This document shows, one piece after another, positions 19,889-28,765 of a DNA stretch of 64,000 bases (its first letter is position 1; the number at the start of each line of letters is the position of its first letter). Below the pieces are notes generated by a model. It was not told the DNA's origin and searched no databases. It saw only the letters and a program-made list of their open reading frames with translations. A program made the position numbers and the translations under genes. Source of the DNA: Oligoflexales bacterium. Its GTDB lineage: Bacteria; Bdellovibrionota_B; Oligoflexia; Oligoflexales; JAPPIL01. The stretch lies in the NCBI GenBank assembly GCA_965215515.1, contig OZ244057.1, positions 1,312,001 through 1,376,000 on the forward strand. Direction: 5' to 3'.

Positions 19889-22800
19889 ATGCAGAAAGCA
19901 GGCTGGTCGTTTTGGGTCGATCGCGGCGGCACGTTTACCGATTTTGTCGCTCTCTCCCCGCAGGGGCAGGTGCATGTGCACAAGATGCTGTCGGCGCAAC
20001 ACGGTGACCGCGATGTGGTGGCGGCAGGCATGCAAGCCATCAGCGGCGACGTGCGCTGCCACGAACTGCGGGTGGGCACAACTCTGGCCACCAACGCCCT
20101 ACTAGAAGGGCGGGGAGCGCGCTGTGCGCTGCTCGTCACCCAGGGCTGGCGTGATGTGCTGAAAATCAGATACCAGAACCGCCCCGACATCTACAGCCTG
20201 TCACCGCACAAGACAAAACCGCTCTACACAGAAGTTGCAGAGATCACGGAACGCATCACCGCACGAGGCGACGTGCTCACCCCGTTACCCCGCGTTGAGG
20301 TACACACCGTGTTGGCACGCTGGCGTGCACAAGGGATAGCCGTGCTGGCGGTGAGTTTCCTGCACGCCTACCGCAACCCACGGCACGAATTGGTGGTGGC
20401 GGAAGTGGCGCGGGCACTCGGTTTCACCCACATCGCCTTAAGCCACCAAGTGTCGCCACGCATTCGCTATATCGCCCGCACCGAGACGACGACGATCGCC
20501 GCGAGCCTGACACCCTGTTTGCAACGTTACGCACAACAGTTGCAGGAAACGATATGCGCGGATGAACTGCTGTTCATGCAGTCGTGGGGTGGTTTGCGCC
20601 CCGCACAAGATTTGCACGGACATACCGCCTTGCTCTCAGGCCCCGCAGGCGGTGTCGTCGGGGCTGCCAAAATTTGCGCGGCATACGGTATCGAACACGC
20701 GATAACCTTCGACATGGGAGGGACATCGACCGACATCGCACTCTATGACGGAGATTACCGTCTGCGCCACGAAGGATTGTTGCAGGGTTTTCTGCTACAA
20801 ACGCCGCGTCTCGCAATCCACACCGTCGCCGCAGGCGGTGGCTCGCTGCTAACCTGCGACCGCGCACGACAACTGGTCGGCCCTGCTTCTGCAGGTGCAG
20901 TGCCAGGCCCGATTTGCTACGGCAAAGGAGGAGAGTGCCTGACAGTGACCGACGCTAATCTGCTGCTGGGACGTATCCAAGCCGCGTTCTTTCCCCTCGT
21001 CTGTGGCACAACCCACGACCAACGCCTCGATCTGGCCGCAGTACAGCAAGCCTTTGCCCGCGCCGCGCAAACACAGGCATGCGACCCCTATCAGTTGGCG
21101 CAAGGGTTCGTAGACATTGCCGTGGAAAAAATGGCGTTAGCCGTGCGACAGGTGTGTATCGAAAGCGGCTACGACGGGCGACAATTTACCCTCTTCTGTT
21201 TCGGCGGTGCGGGGGCACAGCTGATCTGTGCGGTAGCCGATCACCTGAGCATCAGCAGGATAATCGTGCCCCCGCTCGCCAGCGTTTTGTCCGCCCTCGG
21301 TATCGGCTTGGCCGAGAAAAGCGAGCGCCGCACCCAACGCGTGCACCGCAGTTTGAGCAAACTCACGGCTGACGAACTCGGCGACATGTGCCGAGCACTG
21401 ACAGACCAGATAACACTGCCCGCGGGAAACAGACACGATACCTTTACGCTGGAAATACGCTGCCACGACAGCGACCACCTTATCGACATCAAAGAGACAC
21501 AACACGACAGCATCAGCCCCACGTTTCACCGCAGCTACCGCCAGCTGTTTGGAGTTGCAGCACGGGGCGATTTGCTGATCGAAAACATCTCCCTGGAAGC
21601 GAGACAACCGCGTCCTTACCCCACACAGCTCGGCGTTGCCCGCGGCGAGGCGAGGGAGAAAGAAAACACCGAGGTGCAGCTTTACTTGCCTGCGCAAGGC
21701 ATGACCGCCGTGCCTCTTCTCAGTTCCGCCGCGGCAGGGGACGGCGATACCGTCACGGGACCAGCCTTGGTCGCGGATAAACACACGACGATTGTCATCG
21801 ACGCGGGCTGGCAAGGCACGTTCTCTACCGCCCGCGGCTGGACGTTGACCCGTGCGAAGCGCCGCCAGCAATCCACCGCCCAGCTGACGACCACCGCGCT
21901 GGAAGTCTTCTACCAGAGGATGCACGCCATCGCGGTGGAGATGGGTTTCGTGCTCAAACACGCAGGCCACTCGGTAGCCATCAAAGAACGCTGCGACTAC
22001 TCCTGTGCAATTTTTACCGCCTGCGGCGAGCTGTTGAGCAGCGCACCGCATATTCCCGTCCATCTCGGCTCGATGGGTGAATGCGTGCGACATCTGGTCG
22101 CCCAGGGGTACACCATAGAGGACGGCGATGCTTGGGTTACCAACCACCCTCGGCAGGGCGGCACGCACTTGCCCGACATTACCGTCATTACCCCTGTCTT
22201 CGTCGCCCAGCAGCTGGCGTTTTTTGTCGCCAGTCGCGGTCATCACGGTGATGTCGGAGGCATCGCCCCCAGCTCTATGCCGAGCAACAGCAAAACACTG
22301 GCCGAAGATGGCGTGGTCATTCCGCTGCGCAAAATCGTCGCCGCACACATGTTTCTGGAACAGGAGATCGCCGCGCTGCTGCAGCAACCACCCTATCCCG
22401 TGCGCAACCTAAACCAGAATCTGCACGACCTACGTGCCCAACTCGCCGCCAACACCCGCGGACAACAAGGGTTGGTAAAGCTAGCCGTCGAGCTAGGATT
22501 ATCCCAGTCCTTGTCTCTTGCGGAAAAACTGCTGCACTATACAGCGACGAAGGTACAGCAGTTATTGAGCACACTCCCCGCCCAGCGAGCGACGGTAACG
22601 ATGGACAGACAACGCTGGCTGACGGTGGCATTCAGTAAGCTCGCCGCACAACGTTTTCGGCTCGACTTTAGCGGCAGCTGCCCTGCCGACGCGGGCAACT
22701 TTAACACGCCCCCCGCGGTGGTGAAATCTGCCTGCCTGTACATTTTACGCTGTCTGCTCGCCGACGATGTGCCGCTCAACGATGGCTTGGGGCGCGCTCT

Positions 22801-23407
22801 GGAATACATTCTGCCCCCTCGCAGTATCGTCAATCCTCCCCCCGACGCGGCTGTGGTTGCGGGCAACGTCGAAACCAGCCAAGCACTGTGCGATCTGCTG
22901 TGCGAGGTATTCGGGGTATGTGCCCACGCACAAGGGACGATGAACAACTTCAGCATGGGCAACGCCGACTTCCAGTACTATGAAACCATCGGCGGAGGTG
23001 GTGGAGCTAACCGCGAGCAGCACGGACGCGATGCCAGCCAAGTGCATATGACCAACTCGTGCATCACCGACCCAGAGGTTATCGAGTTGCTCTATCCATT
23101 GCGGGTGCTCAGCAACACCATACGGCACGGCAGCGGAGGACAAGGGCAGCGACGGGGCGGCGATGGTATCGTGCGTTGTTTTGAGTTTTTGCAGGAAATG
23201 GAGGTCAACATCCTTTCGCAGCGCCGTACCACACAACCACAAGGCTTGGAGGGCGGGCAGGCAGGCGAGGCTGGATACAACCGCCTGTTGCGAGCCGACG
23301 GACGCACGGAGGAACTGGCGGGCGTAGCCACCTGTCGAGTACGGCGGGGCGATCGCATCGTCATCGCCACCCCAGGCGGTGGCGGCTACGGGCAGATCAA
23401 CCGCTGA
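19889..23407 (+). CDS. 5-oxoprolinase / fused hydantoinase A+B
   Basis: DRGGTFTD, DMGGTSTD, HIPVHLGSM, GGTHLPD and TPGGGGYG motifs. Confidence 0.93.
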   Translation: MQKAGWSFWVDRGGTFTDFVALSPQGQVHVHKMLSAQHGDRDVVAAGMQAISGDVRCHELRVGTTLATNALLEGRGARCALLVTQGWRDVLKIRYQNRPDIYSLSPHKTKPLYTEVAEITERITARGDVLTPLPRVEVHTVLARWRAQGIAVLAVSFLHAYRNPRHELVVAEVARALGFTHIALSHQVSPRIRYIARTETTTIAASLTPCLQRYAQQLQETICADELLFMQSWGGLRPAQDLHGHTALLSGPAGGVVGAAKICAAYGIEHAITFDMGGTSTDIALYDGDYRLRHEGLLQGFLLQTPRLAIHTVAAGGGSLLTCDRARQLVGPASAGAVPGPICYGKGGECLTVTDANLLLGRIQAAFFPLVCGTTHDQRLDLAAVQQAFARAAQTQACDPYQLAQGFVDIAVEKMALAVRQVCIESGYDGRQFTLFCFGGAGAQLICAVADHLSISRIIVPPLASVLSALGIGLAEKSERRTQRVHRSLSKLTADELGDMCRALTDQITLPAGNRHDTFTLEIRCHDSDHLIDIKETQHDSISPTFHRSYRQLFGVAARGDLLIENISLEARQPRPYPTQLGVARGEAREKENTEVQLYLPAQGMTAVPLLSSAAAGDGDTVTGPALVADKHTTIVIDAGWQGTFSTARGWTLTRAKRRQQSTAQLTTTALEVFYQRMHAIAVEMGFVLKHAGHSVAIKERCDYSCAIFTACGELLSSAPHIPVHLGSMGECVRHLVAQGYTIEDGDAWVTNHPRQGGTHLPDITVITPVFVAQQLAFFVASRGHHGDVGGIAPSSMPSNSKTLAEDGVVIPLRKIVAAHMFLEQEIAALLQQPPYPVRNLNQNLHDLRAQLAANTRGQQGLVKLAVELGLSQSLSLAEKLLHYTATKVQQLLSTLPAQRATVTMDRQRWLTVAFSKLAAQRFRLDFSGSCPADAGNFNTPPAVVKSACLYILRCLLADDVPLNDGLGRALEYILPPRSIVNPPPDAAVVAGNVETSQALCDLLCEVFGVCAHAQGTMNNFSMGNADFQYYETIGGGGGANREQHGRDASQVHMTNSCITDPEVIELLYPLRVLSNTIRHGSGGQGQRRGGDGIVRCFEFLQEMEVNILSQRRTTQPQGLEGGQAGEAGYNRLLRADGRTEELAGVATCRVRRGDRIVIATPGGGGYGQINR

Positions 23408-23573
23408 GACGCGACGACGAAGAAATCATCCGCAACCAACGGGCAAGGTCGCCATCGGGGGTCGAAGCACCCGATGTGAAAACCAAACCGAGCACATAGA
23501 GCATGACAAGGAGCACGAAGGCTCCGAAGATCGCGCGGTAGTTGTTTTTGAGAAAAGTAGCAAAGAAACCCAT
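23397..23573 (-). CDS. Small membrane protein (58 aa; not in ORF track)
   Basis: Manual translation MGFFATFLKNNYRAIFGAFVLLVMLYVLGLVFTSG...; fills an otherwise empty gap. Confidence 0.5.
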   Translation of the reverse strand: MGFFATFLKNNYRAIFGAFVLLVMLYVLGLVFTSGASTPDGDLARWLRMISSSSRLSG

Positions 23574-23683
23574 ACCAGCCTGAAGCCTACCTGTGAAAAC
23601 AGAGAAAGTAAAGCTTTTTTCCTCGCAACGTGTTGTGCTACCCTGAGGCGGGTTATCTTTGAAATTCTAGAGGGTCACACTGT

Positions 23684-24544
23684 ATGCAGGTCAGCCGCAA
23701 ACAGTTTCGGGGCTATTGTCAGCAGCAGGCGTTTACGTTTGCGGAGCGGGAGATCGAGTGTGGCTGGCGTTGTGATGTCGCGCACCGCGGCGAGCGGATT
23801 AATGTCAACTTCTACCTGACGGGCAAGGTGTTGATACAGGGCAAAGCCTGTGATCTGAAGACGAAAGTGGAAAAATTCTTCCACACCTCTCCCCCGCCCG
23901 CCCCTGTATCCTCGTCGCAGCAACGTTTTCAGCACATCGAGCACAGCGGAGTCGATGAGTCGGGTAAAGGCGATTATTTTGGCCCGCTGGCCATCAGCGG
24001 TGTGTACCTTCAGCGTGTTCAGCTCGCACAGGTGCGGAGATGGGGCGTACGGGATTCTAAACAACTGCGTACGCAGGAAATTATCAAACTAGCGGAACGT
24101 ATCGAGCGGGAGTGTGTGCACCGTTCGCTGGTTTTTGCCCCGCCGCTTTACAATCAGCGCTACCAACAATTTAAAAATTTAAACAAACTGCTCGCCCAAG
24201 CGCATGCCAAAGTCATCATGGACTTGGTCGAGGCGACCGACTGCGCACAGGTCATCTCAGATAAATTCGCCGCGGCGCACCTCATTCCTTCGTATTTCGA
24301 CAGTTCCGCACATATCGCCCTGACTCAGGTGACTCGTGCCGAACGTTACCCCGCGGTGGCCTGTGCCTCCATCCTCGCCCGTGCTAATTTTCTGCGTGGA
24401 CTCGCCGCACTGTCACGACAACACGGGATAGTTTTTCTGCGCGGGGCAACAGGGAAAGTAAAAAGACAAGCTCGCACCTTCGCTCAACGACACGGCGAAG
24501 CACGTCTGGCAGAAGTTGCCAAAACACACTTCAAAATGTTTTAA
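23684..24544 (+). CDS. rnhC: Ribonuclease HIII
   Basis: N-terminal TBP-like YLTGKVLIQG; GVDESGKGDYFGPL, DSK, ISDKF, VACASILAR and KTHF. Confidence 0.92.
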   Translation: MQVSRKQFRGYCQQQAFTFAEREIECGWRCDVAHRGERINVNFYLTGKVLIQGKACDLKTKVEKFFHTSPPPAPVSSSQQRFQHIEHSGVDESGKGDYFGPLAISGVYLQRVQLAQVRRWGVRDSKQLRTQEIIKLAERIERECVHRSLVFAPPLYNQRYQQFKNLNKLLAQAHAKVIMDLVEATDCAQVISDKFAAAHLIPSYFDSSAHIALTQVTRAERYPAVACASILARANFLRGLAALSRQHGIVFLRGATGKVKRQARTFAQRHGEARLAEVAKTHFKMF

Positions 24545-24556
24545 GAGGGCATCTAT

Positions 24557-25495
24557 GTGATGAAGCGTGACATGATTTTGCTGAGTGGCAATGCTAACCG
24601 CCCGCTGGCGGAAAAAATTGCTGACTATCTCGGCATCCCGCTTGCAAATGCTTTGGTGGGGCAGCATTGTGATGGCGAGACGAGGGTAGAGCTGCGCACC
24701 AACGTGCGCGGTGCCGATGTTTTTATCGTGCAACCGACCTGTCCACCTGTCAACCACCATATCATGGAGGCGGCTATCGTGGCCGATGCCTGTCGGCGTG
24801 CCTCGGCAGACTGTGTTACACTGGTCGCGCCCTACTTCGGCTACGCGCGGCAGGAGCGGAAGAATACCTCTCGTACCCCGATTACTGCTAAGTTGATCGC
24901 TGACCTGATCGAGGTGGCAGGCGTTAAGCGGGTGTTGACGCTGGAACTGCATGCCGCCGCGATACAGGGTTTTTTCAACATTCCCGTCGATCACTTGTTC
25001 ATCAAACCAGTGTTTGCACAACATTATCGTGCATGTCGTAATCTAACCGTAGTTTCACCCGATGCGGGAGGGGTGGAGCGAGCGCGGGCGATGGCCAAAC
25101 TGCTCGCGTGTGAGTTGGCGATTCTCGATAAACGGCGAGAAAATCCTAACGACAGCACCATCATGAGTATCGTCGGCAATGTTACTGGCAAGGACTGTTT
25201 GATTATCGATGATATTTGCGATACGGGCGGCTCGCTGCTCAGTGCGACCACCGCGCTGTTCGACAACGGCGCACAATCAGTACGAGCCGCCGTGACTCAT
25301 GCAGTGTTGAGCGGCGATGCGGTTACCAGACTATCAGCCTCCCGCCTACAGGAATTGCTGGTATCGGATTCGATCTGCTTGTCTCCCACCGCGACTAGCG
25401 AAAAAAAGTTTGTCACCCGTTCGGTGGTCGAGTTGCTAGGCAAAGCGATCCGCTGTATTCATGACTCCGCCTCGATGAGCGAGCTCTTCATCTAG
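24557..25495 (+). CDS. prs: Ribose-phosphate pyrophosphokinase
   Basis: PYFGYARQ, VVSPDAGGVERA and IIDDICDTGGS motifs. Confidence 0.96.
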   Translation: MMKRDMILLSGNANRPLAEKIADYLGIPLANALVGQHCDGETRVELRTNVRGADVFIVQPTCPPVNHHIMEAAIVADACRRASADCVTLVAPYFGYARQERKNTSRTPITAKLIADLIEVAGVKRVLTLELHAAAIQGFFNIPVDHLFIKPVFAQHYRACRNLTVVSPDAGGVERARAMAKLLACELAILDKRRENPNDSTIMSIVGNVTGKDCLIIDDICDTGGSLLSATTALFDNGAQSVRAAVTHAVLSGDAVTRLSASRLQELLVSDSICLSPTATSEKKFVTRSVVELLGKAIRCIHDSASMSELFI

Positions 25496-25644
25496 AACTC
25501 ATAAAATTCGCCGCGTTGCTTTTTCGACAAAGATCGGCTAGACTCGAAGGTGATCCTGTTGTAAGCGGTGGTCTCTTTTCGGAATGGGTTTGCGCTGCGT
25601 GTGTTGCCCGCCGCGATTGCCGCGTTTGCTAGAAGGAGGGTGTC

Positions 25645-27675
25645 TTGTTGTGGTTGCGTGGCATCAGGTTCGTGTCGGTTTGGGTGGTATGGGTAGTGGT
25701 TGGGGGGCTGATTGTCAGCGGTCTTGACCGAGCTCTGTTGGCGCATGGCGGTGAACACACCGCCGTTGCGGAAGGATCGGAGCACGCGCAGGAGCCAGCG
25801 ACACGCGACCGAGGGATGCTGATTATCTATGACGACGATGATCTACAGGTTCGTTATGGCGAATACAGCGAGACTGAATTCACCTTGGCATGGGCAGAGG
25901 GGCGCGGTGACGATTACCGTCGTGCAGCAATCGACTGGCAGGTCGTCGGCTCGCAGTTGCCCGCAGGCTTGGAACTGGCTGCGATCGGGGCTGTTGAACG
26001 CACGCGGGCAGTCGTCTTCGGCACCGCGCGGTTCGTCGGGCGATGGTGTTTCACCCTTGCCGCACGGTTTGGAGAACGGCGGACGAGTCGGCAGGTGTGT
26101 TTCTTCGCGGCCCATAACGGGCGGCTGAGTTATCCGCGCTTTTCTAGCTCCGCCCGTCTTGATCGTGCCCAAAGAGATCGTGCGTACCGTGACAAGATAA
26201 GGTTTGTGCGCGGGAATCGCCGCACGCGTGTTAGTGTTGCCTGGCATAACCTCCCTAGTTCACTACGGGTTACAACGCACAACCGACTCGGCTACGTCGA
26301 GTTAAGCGGCACGCCACGCGATCGTGACAGCCATGTTGTCCACGGTCGGTCTGTCTCCCAGGAGACTCCCCCACGGCTGGCGGAGTTGTTTACGGTCAAG
26401 GATGGATGGCGCTCGCGTTTTGCGGCACGTGGCCGCTATGCCTATCGTGTCACCGCGGTTTATCCCGACGGCGAAACTCGCGCCGCGGCCAACCCCAGCA
26501 TCGCGGTGATGGCAGGCGAGGTGGTGTTCGCAACGATTACCTATGACAGGCGACCCTTTTACTTCAATGTCTTCCGTGCCACGGGGACCTACGGTGATGC
26601 ACGTTTCATCACCCGTCTGACCCCACAGCCGTCTGGAACGGAATATCTGCTCGACAGCAATACTGTTCCGCCACGCACGCTGCGGGCAACGGGCAACTTT
26701 TACCTCATGCTCAAGTTGACCCACACCGACCGCACGGGTGAAGTGGTTAGTAATTGGCGGCAGTTTTCTTTGTTCATCGACACGGCGAGGGGGGAGACGA
26801 ATCCTGGTCGCCGTTACCGCTGTCCCTCAGGCTACTACTACGACGCGGTTTTGCGGCATTGTGTGCAAGGTCGTGGTGCTCCGTGTCCGAGAGGCACGTA
26901 TTACGAACCCGCCGATGACGCTTGTCGGAGTTATCCTACGCGTCGCTACTGCCCTACGGGCTATTATTTCGATCACTTTTTGCGGCGTTGTGTGCTCGAC
27001 AATTACCCGCGCTGTCCGTGGAATTATCGTTGGGATTCATTTTATCATCGGTGTATGCCTGATCCCTACTGGTGTCCGCTGGGTTTTTCCTACGACTGGT
27101 GGTGGGGGCTTTGCCTGTTCACCGATCATCGCTGTGCACGTGGTTGGCACTACGACTACGGGGTTAAACGCTGTGTGCGCAATCACCGTGCCTGTGCTCC
27201 TGGTTATGGGTGGGATCGCCACACCCAGTCTTGCCAACGCAACCGCCGCAACTGCCAGGTGGGCTACCACTGGTCGGCACGCTTAAATCGTTGTGTCTAT
27301 CACGGCAGTGTGCGGTGTCGTACTGGCTACCGTTACGATACCAGACGCAGAGAATGTGTCCGCATCGGTCGTGCCCGCCGCTGCCCGCGTGGCGAACACT
27401 GGAGTCCGAGACACGGACGTTGTATCGACAACAGCCGTCCGACCAGGAGACCGACGGCAAGACCGACCCGCACACCGACAAGACGACCGACGGCAAGGCC
27501 GACAAGACGACCGACGGCAAGGCCGACCCGCACACCGACAAGACGACCGACCGCGAGGCCGACCAGGAGACCGACGGCAAGACCGACGGCAAGACCGACC
27601 CGCACACCGACAAGACGACCGACCGCGAGGCCGACCCGCACACCGACGAGTTCGCACCGCGGAGGCGTGCAGTGA
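25645..27675 (+). CDS. Exported protein with Ig-like N-terminus, ten CX12C repeats and a PTxx tail
   Basis: LPAGLEL...GT and LPSSL...LSGTP (putative Ig-like); repeats read in translation. Confidence 0.8.
   Translation: MLWLRGIRFVSVWVVWVVVGGLIVSGLDRALLAHGGEHTAVAEGSEHAQEPATRDRGMLIIYDDDDLQVRYGEYSETEFTLAWAEGRGDDYRRAAIDWQVVGSQLPAGLELAAIGAVERTRAVVFGTARFVGRWCFTLAARFGERRTSRQVCFFAAHNGRLSYPRFSSSARLDRAQRDRAYRDKIRFVRGNRRTRVSVAWHNLPSSLRVTTHNRLGYVELSGTPRDRDSHVVHGRSVSQETPPRLAELFTVKDGWRSRFAARGRYAYRVTAVYPDGETRAAANPSIAVMAGEVVFATITYDRRPFYFNVFRATGTYGDARFITRLTPQPSGTEYLLDSNTVPPRTLRATGNFYLMLKLTHTDRTGEVVSNWRQFSLFIDTARGETNPGRRYRCPSGYYYDAVLRHCVQGRGAPCPRGTYYEPADDACRSYPTRRYCPTGYYFDHFLRRCVLDNYPRCPWNYRWDSFYHRCMPDPYWCPLGFSYDWWWGLCLFTDHRCARGWHYDYGVKRCVRNHRACAPGYGWDRHTQSCQRNRRNCQVGYHWSARLNRCVYHGSVRCRTGYRYDTRRRECVRIGRARRCPRGEHWSPRHGRCIDNSRPTRRPTARPTRTPTRRPTARPTRRPTARPTRTPTRRPTARPTRRPTARPTARPTRTPTRRPTARPTRTPTSSHRGGVQ
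27439..27648. repeat. 12-bp coding tandem repeat (PTRR/PTAR/PTRT, 17 units plus partial)
   Basis: Each unit begins CCGAC at 12-nt spacing. Confidence 0.92.
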
Positions 27676-27697
27676 GGCAGCCGTTATCTGTGCGTAG

Positions 27698-28735
27698 GTG
27701 ACGATGCGTCCGCGTCGTATTCTGCTGGTGGCAGTGGCGTGCTTATCGCTGGCGGTGTTGCTGGTTGCTGTGGGGGTGTGGAGGTTACAGCACTGGGGGT
27801 CTGCGGTGCGTAACTTGACGACGGGGCAGGTGGTATCTTTTCCCGCGGGCACTTCTTTGCGATCTTTAGCGCAGGCACTGGCACAGGCGGAGGTGGTTGA
27901 TTCCGCCCTGCGGTTTCGTTTTTTCGTGCGCTGTTGTGCTGACTTCAGAAAATTTCAAGCGGGTAATTATCGCTTCAGGGGTGCAACAAGTCCCGCACAG
28001 GTTGTGGCACGTATCGTTGCGGGGGATGTTCATGTCGAGCTGCGGCTGCGTTTCGCCGTGCCAGAGGGGTTTACCCTCGCCAAGATCGTGATGCGTCTGG
28101 CTGAGCATGGACTCGGTACGCAGGCGGAGCTGCGGCAGTTGGCGCGTGACCGTGAGCTGCTTGCCGAGCTCAAGATAGCCGCAGACTCTCTGGAGGGTTA
28201 TCTCTATCCTGCCACGTATAGTTTTTATCGGCGGATGCCGACGGCGCGGCAGGTATTCACGCGTATGGTGACAAAGTGGCGTGCGGTGTTGCCTGCGGAT
28301 TACGAGCAGCGAGTGGCGGCAAAGGGCTTAACTCTGCACGAGGCGGTGACGATGGCTTCGTTGATTGAGTTGGAGACAGCGCACGACGATGAACGCGGCA
28401 AGATTTCCGAAGTTATCTGGCGACGACTCAAGGATCGCACTCCGTTGGCGATCGATGCTGCGGTCATCTATGGCATCGAGGACTACCGCGGCGATTTAAA
28501 ACGCCGTCACTTGCGTGATGCTTCCAATCCCTGGAATACTCGTATTCACAGGGGGCTGCCGCCTACTCCCATCGGCTCACCGTCGCGTGCCTCGCTGCTG
28601 GCGGTGTTGCAGCCGACCGATGAAGGGCATTATTTCTACGTTCTGATTCCTGACGGCAGCAAGCGGCATCATTTTTCTCGTACCCTGCGCGAGCATAATC
28701 GCCATGTGCGTAAGCTAATACGGGCGGCACGCTGA
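27698..28735 (+). CDS. mltG: Endolytic transglycosylase MltG
   Basis: VPEGFT, LEGYLYPATY, ASLIELET and NPWNT...GLPPTPIGSP motifs. Confidence 0.94.
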   Translation: MTMRPRRILLVAVACLSLAVLLVAVGVWRLQHWGSAVRNLTTGQVVSFPAGTSLRSLAQALAQAEVVDSALRFRFFVRCCADFRKFQAGNYRFRGATSPAQVVARIVAGDVHVELRLRFAVPEGFTLAKIVMRLAEHGLGTQAELRQLARDRELLAELKIAADSLEGYLYPATYSFYRRMPTARQVFTRMVTKWRAVLPADYEQRVAAKGLTLHEAVTMASLIELETAHDDERGKISEVIWRRLKDRTPLAIDAAVIYGIEDYRGDLKRRHLRDASNPWNTRIHRGLPPTPIGSPSRASLLAVLQPTDEGHYFYVLIPDGSKRHHFSRTLREHNRHVRKLIRAAR

Positions 28736-28765
28736 ACGCTCAGATACACAGCGAAGGGTTGTGCG

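Noticed and set aside
21137..22387. 416-aa minus-strand ORF
   Set aside because: Antisense to oxoprolinase, no motifs; typical GC-rich shadow ORF
27439..27648. Tandem repeats here and at 17333-18082, 43571-43704 and 56865-57254 as CRISPR arrays
   Set aside because: All have periods divisible by 3, lie in-frame in CDSs and lack unique spacers; no cas genes seen
27164..27852. Several overlapping alternative-frame ORFs
   Set aside because: Produced by the stop-free 12-bp repeat
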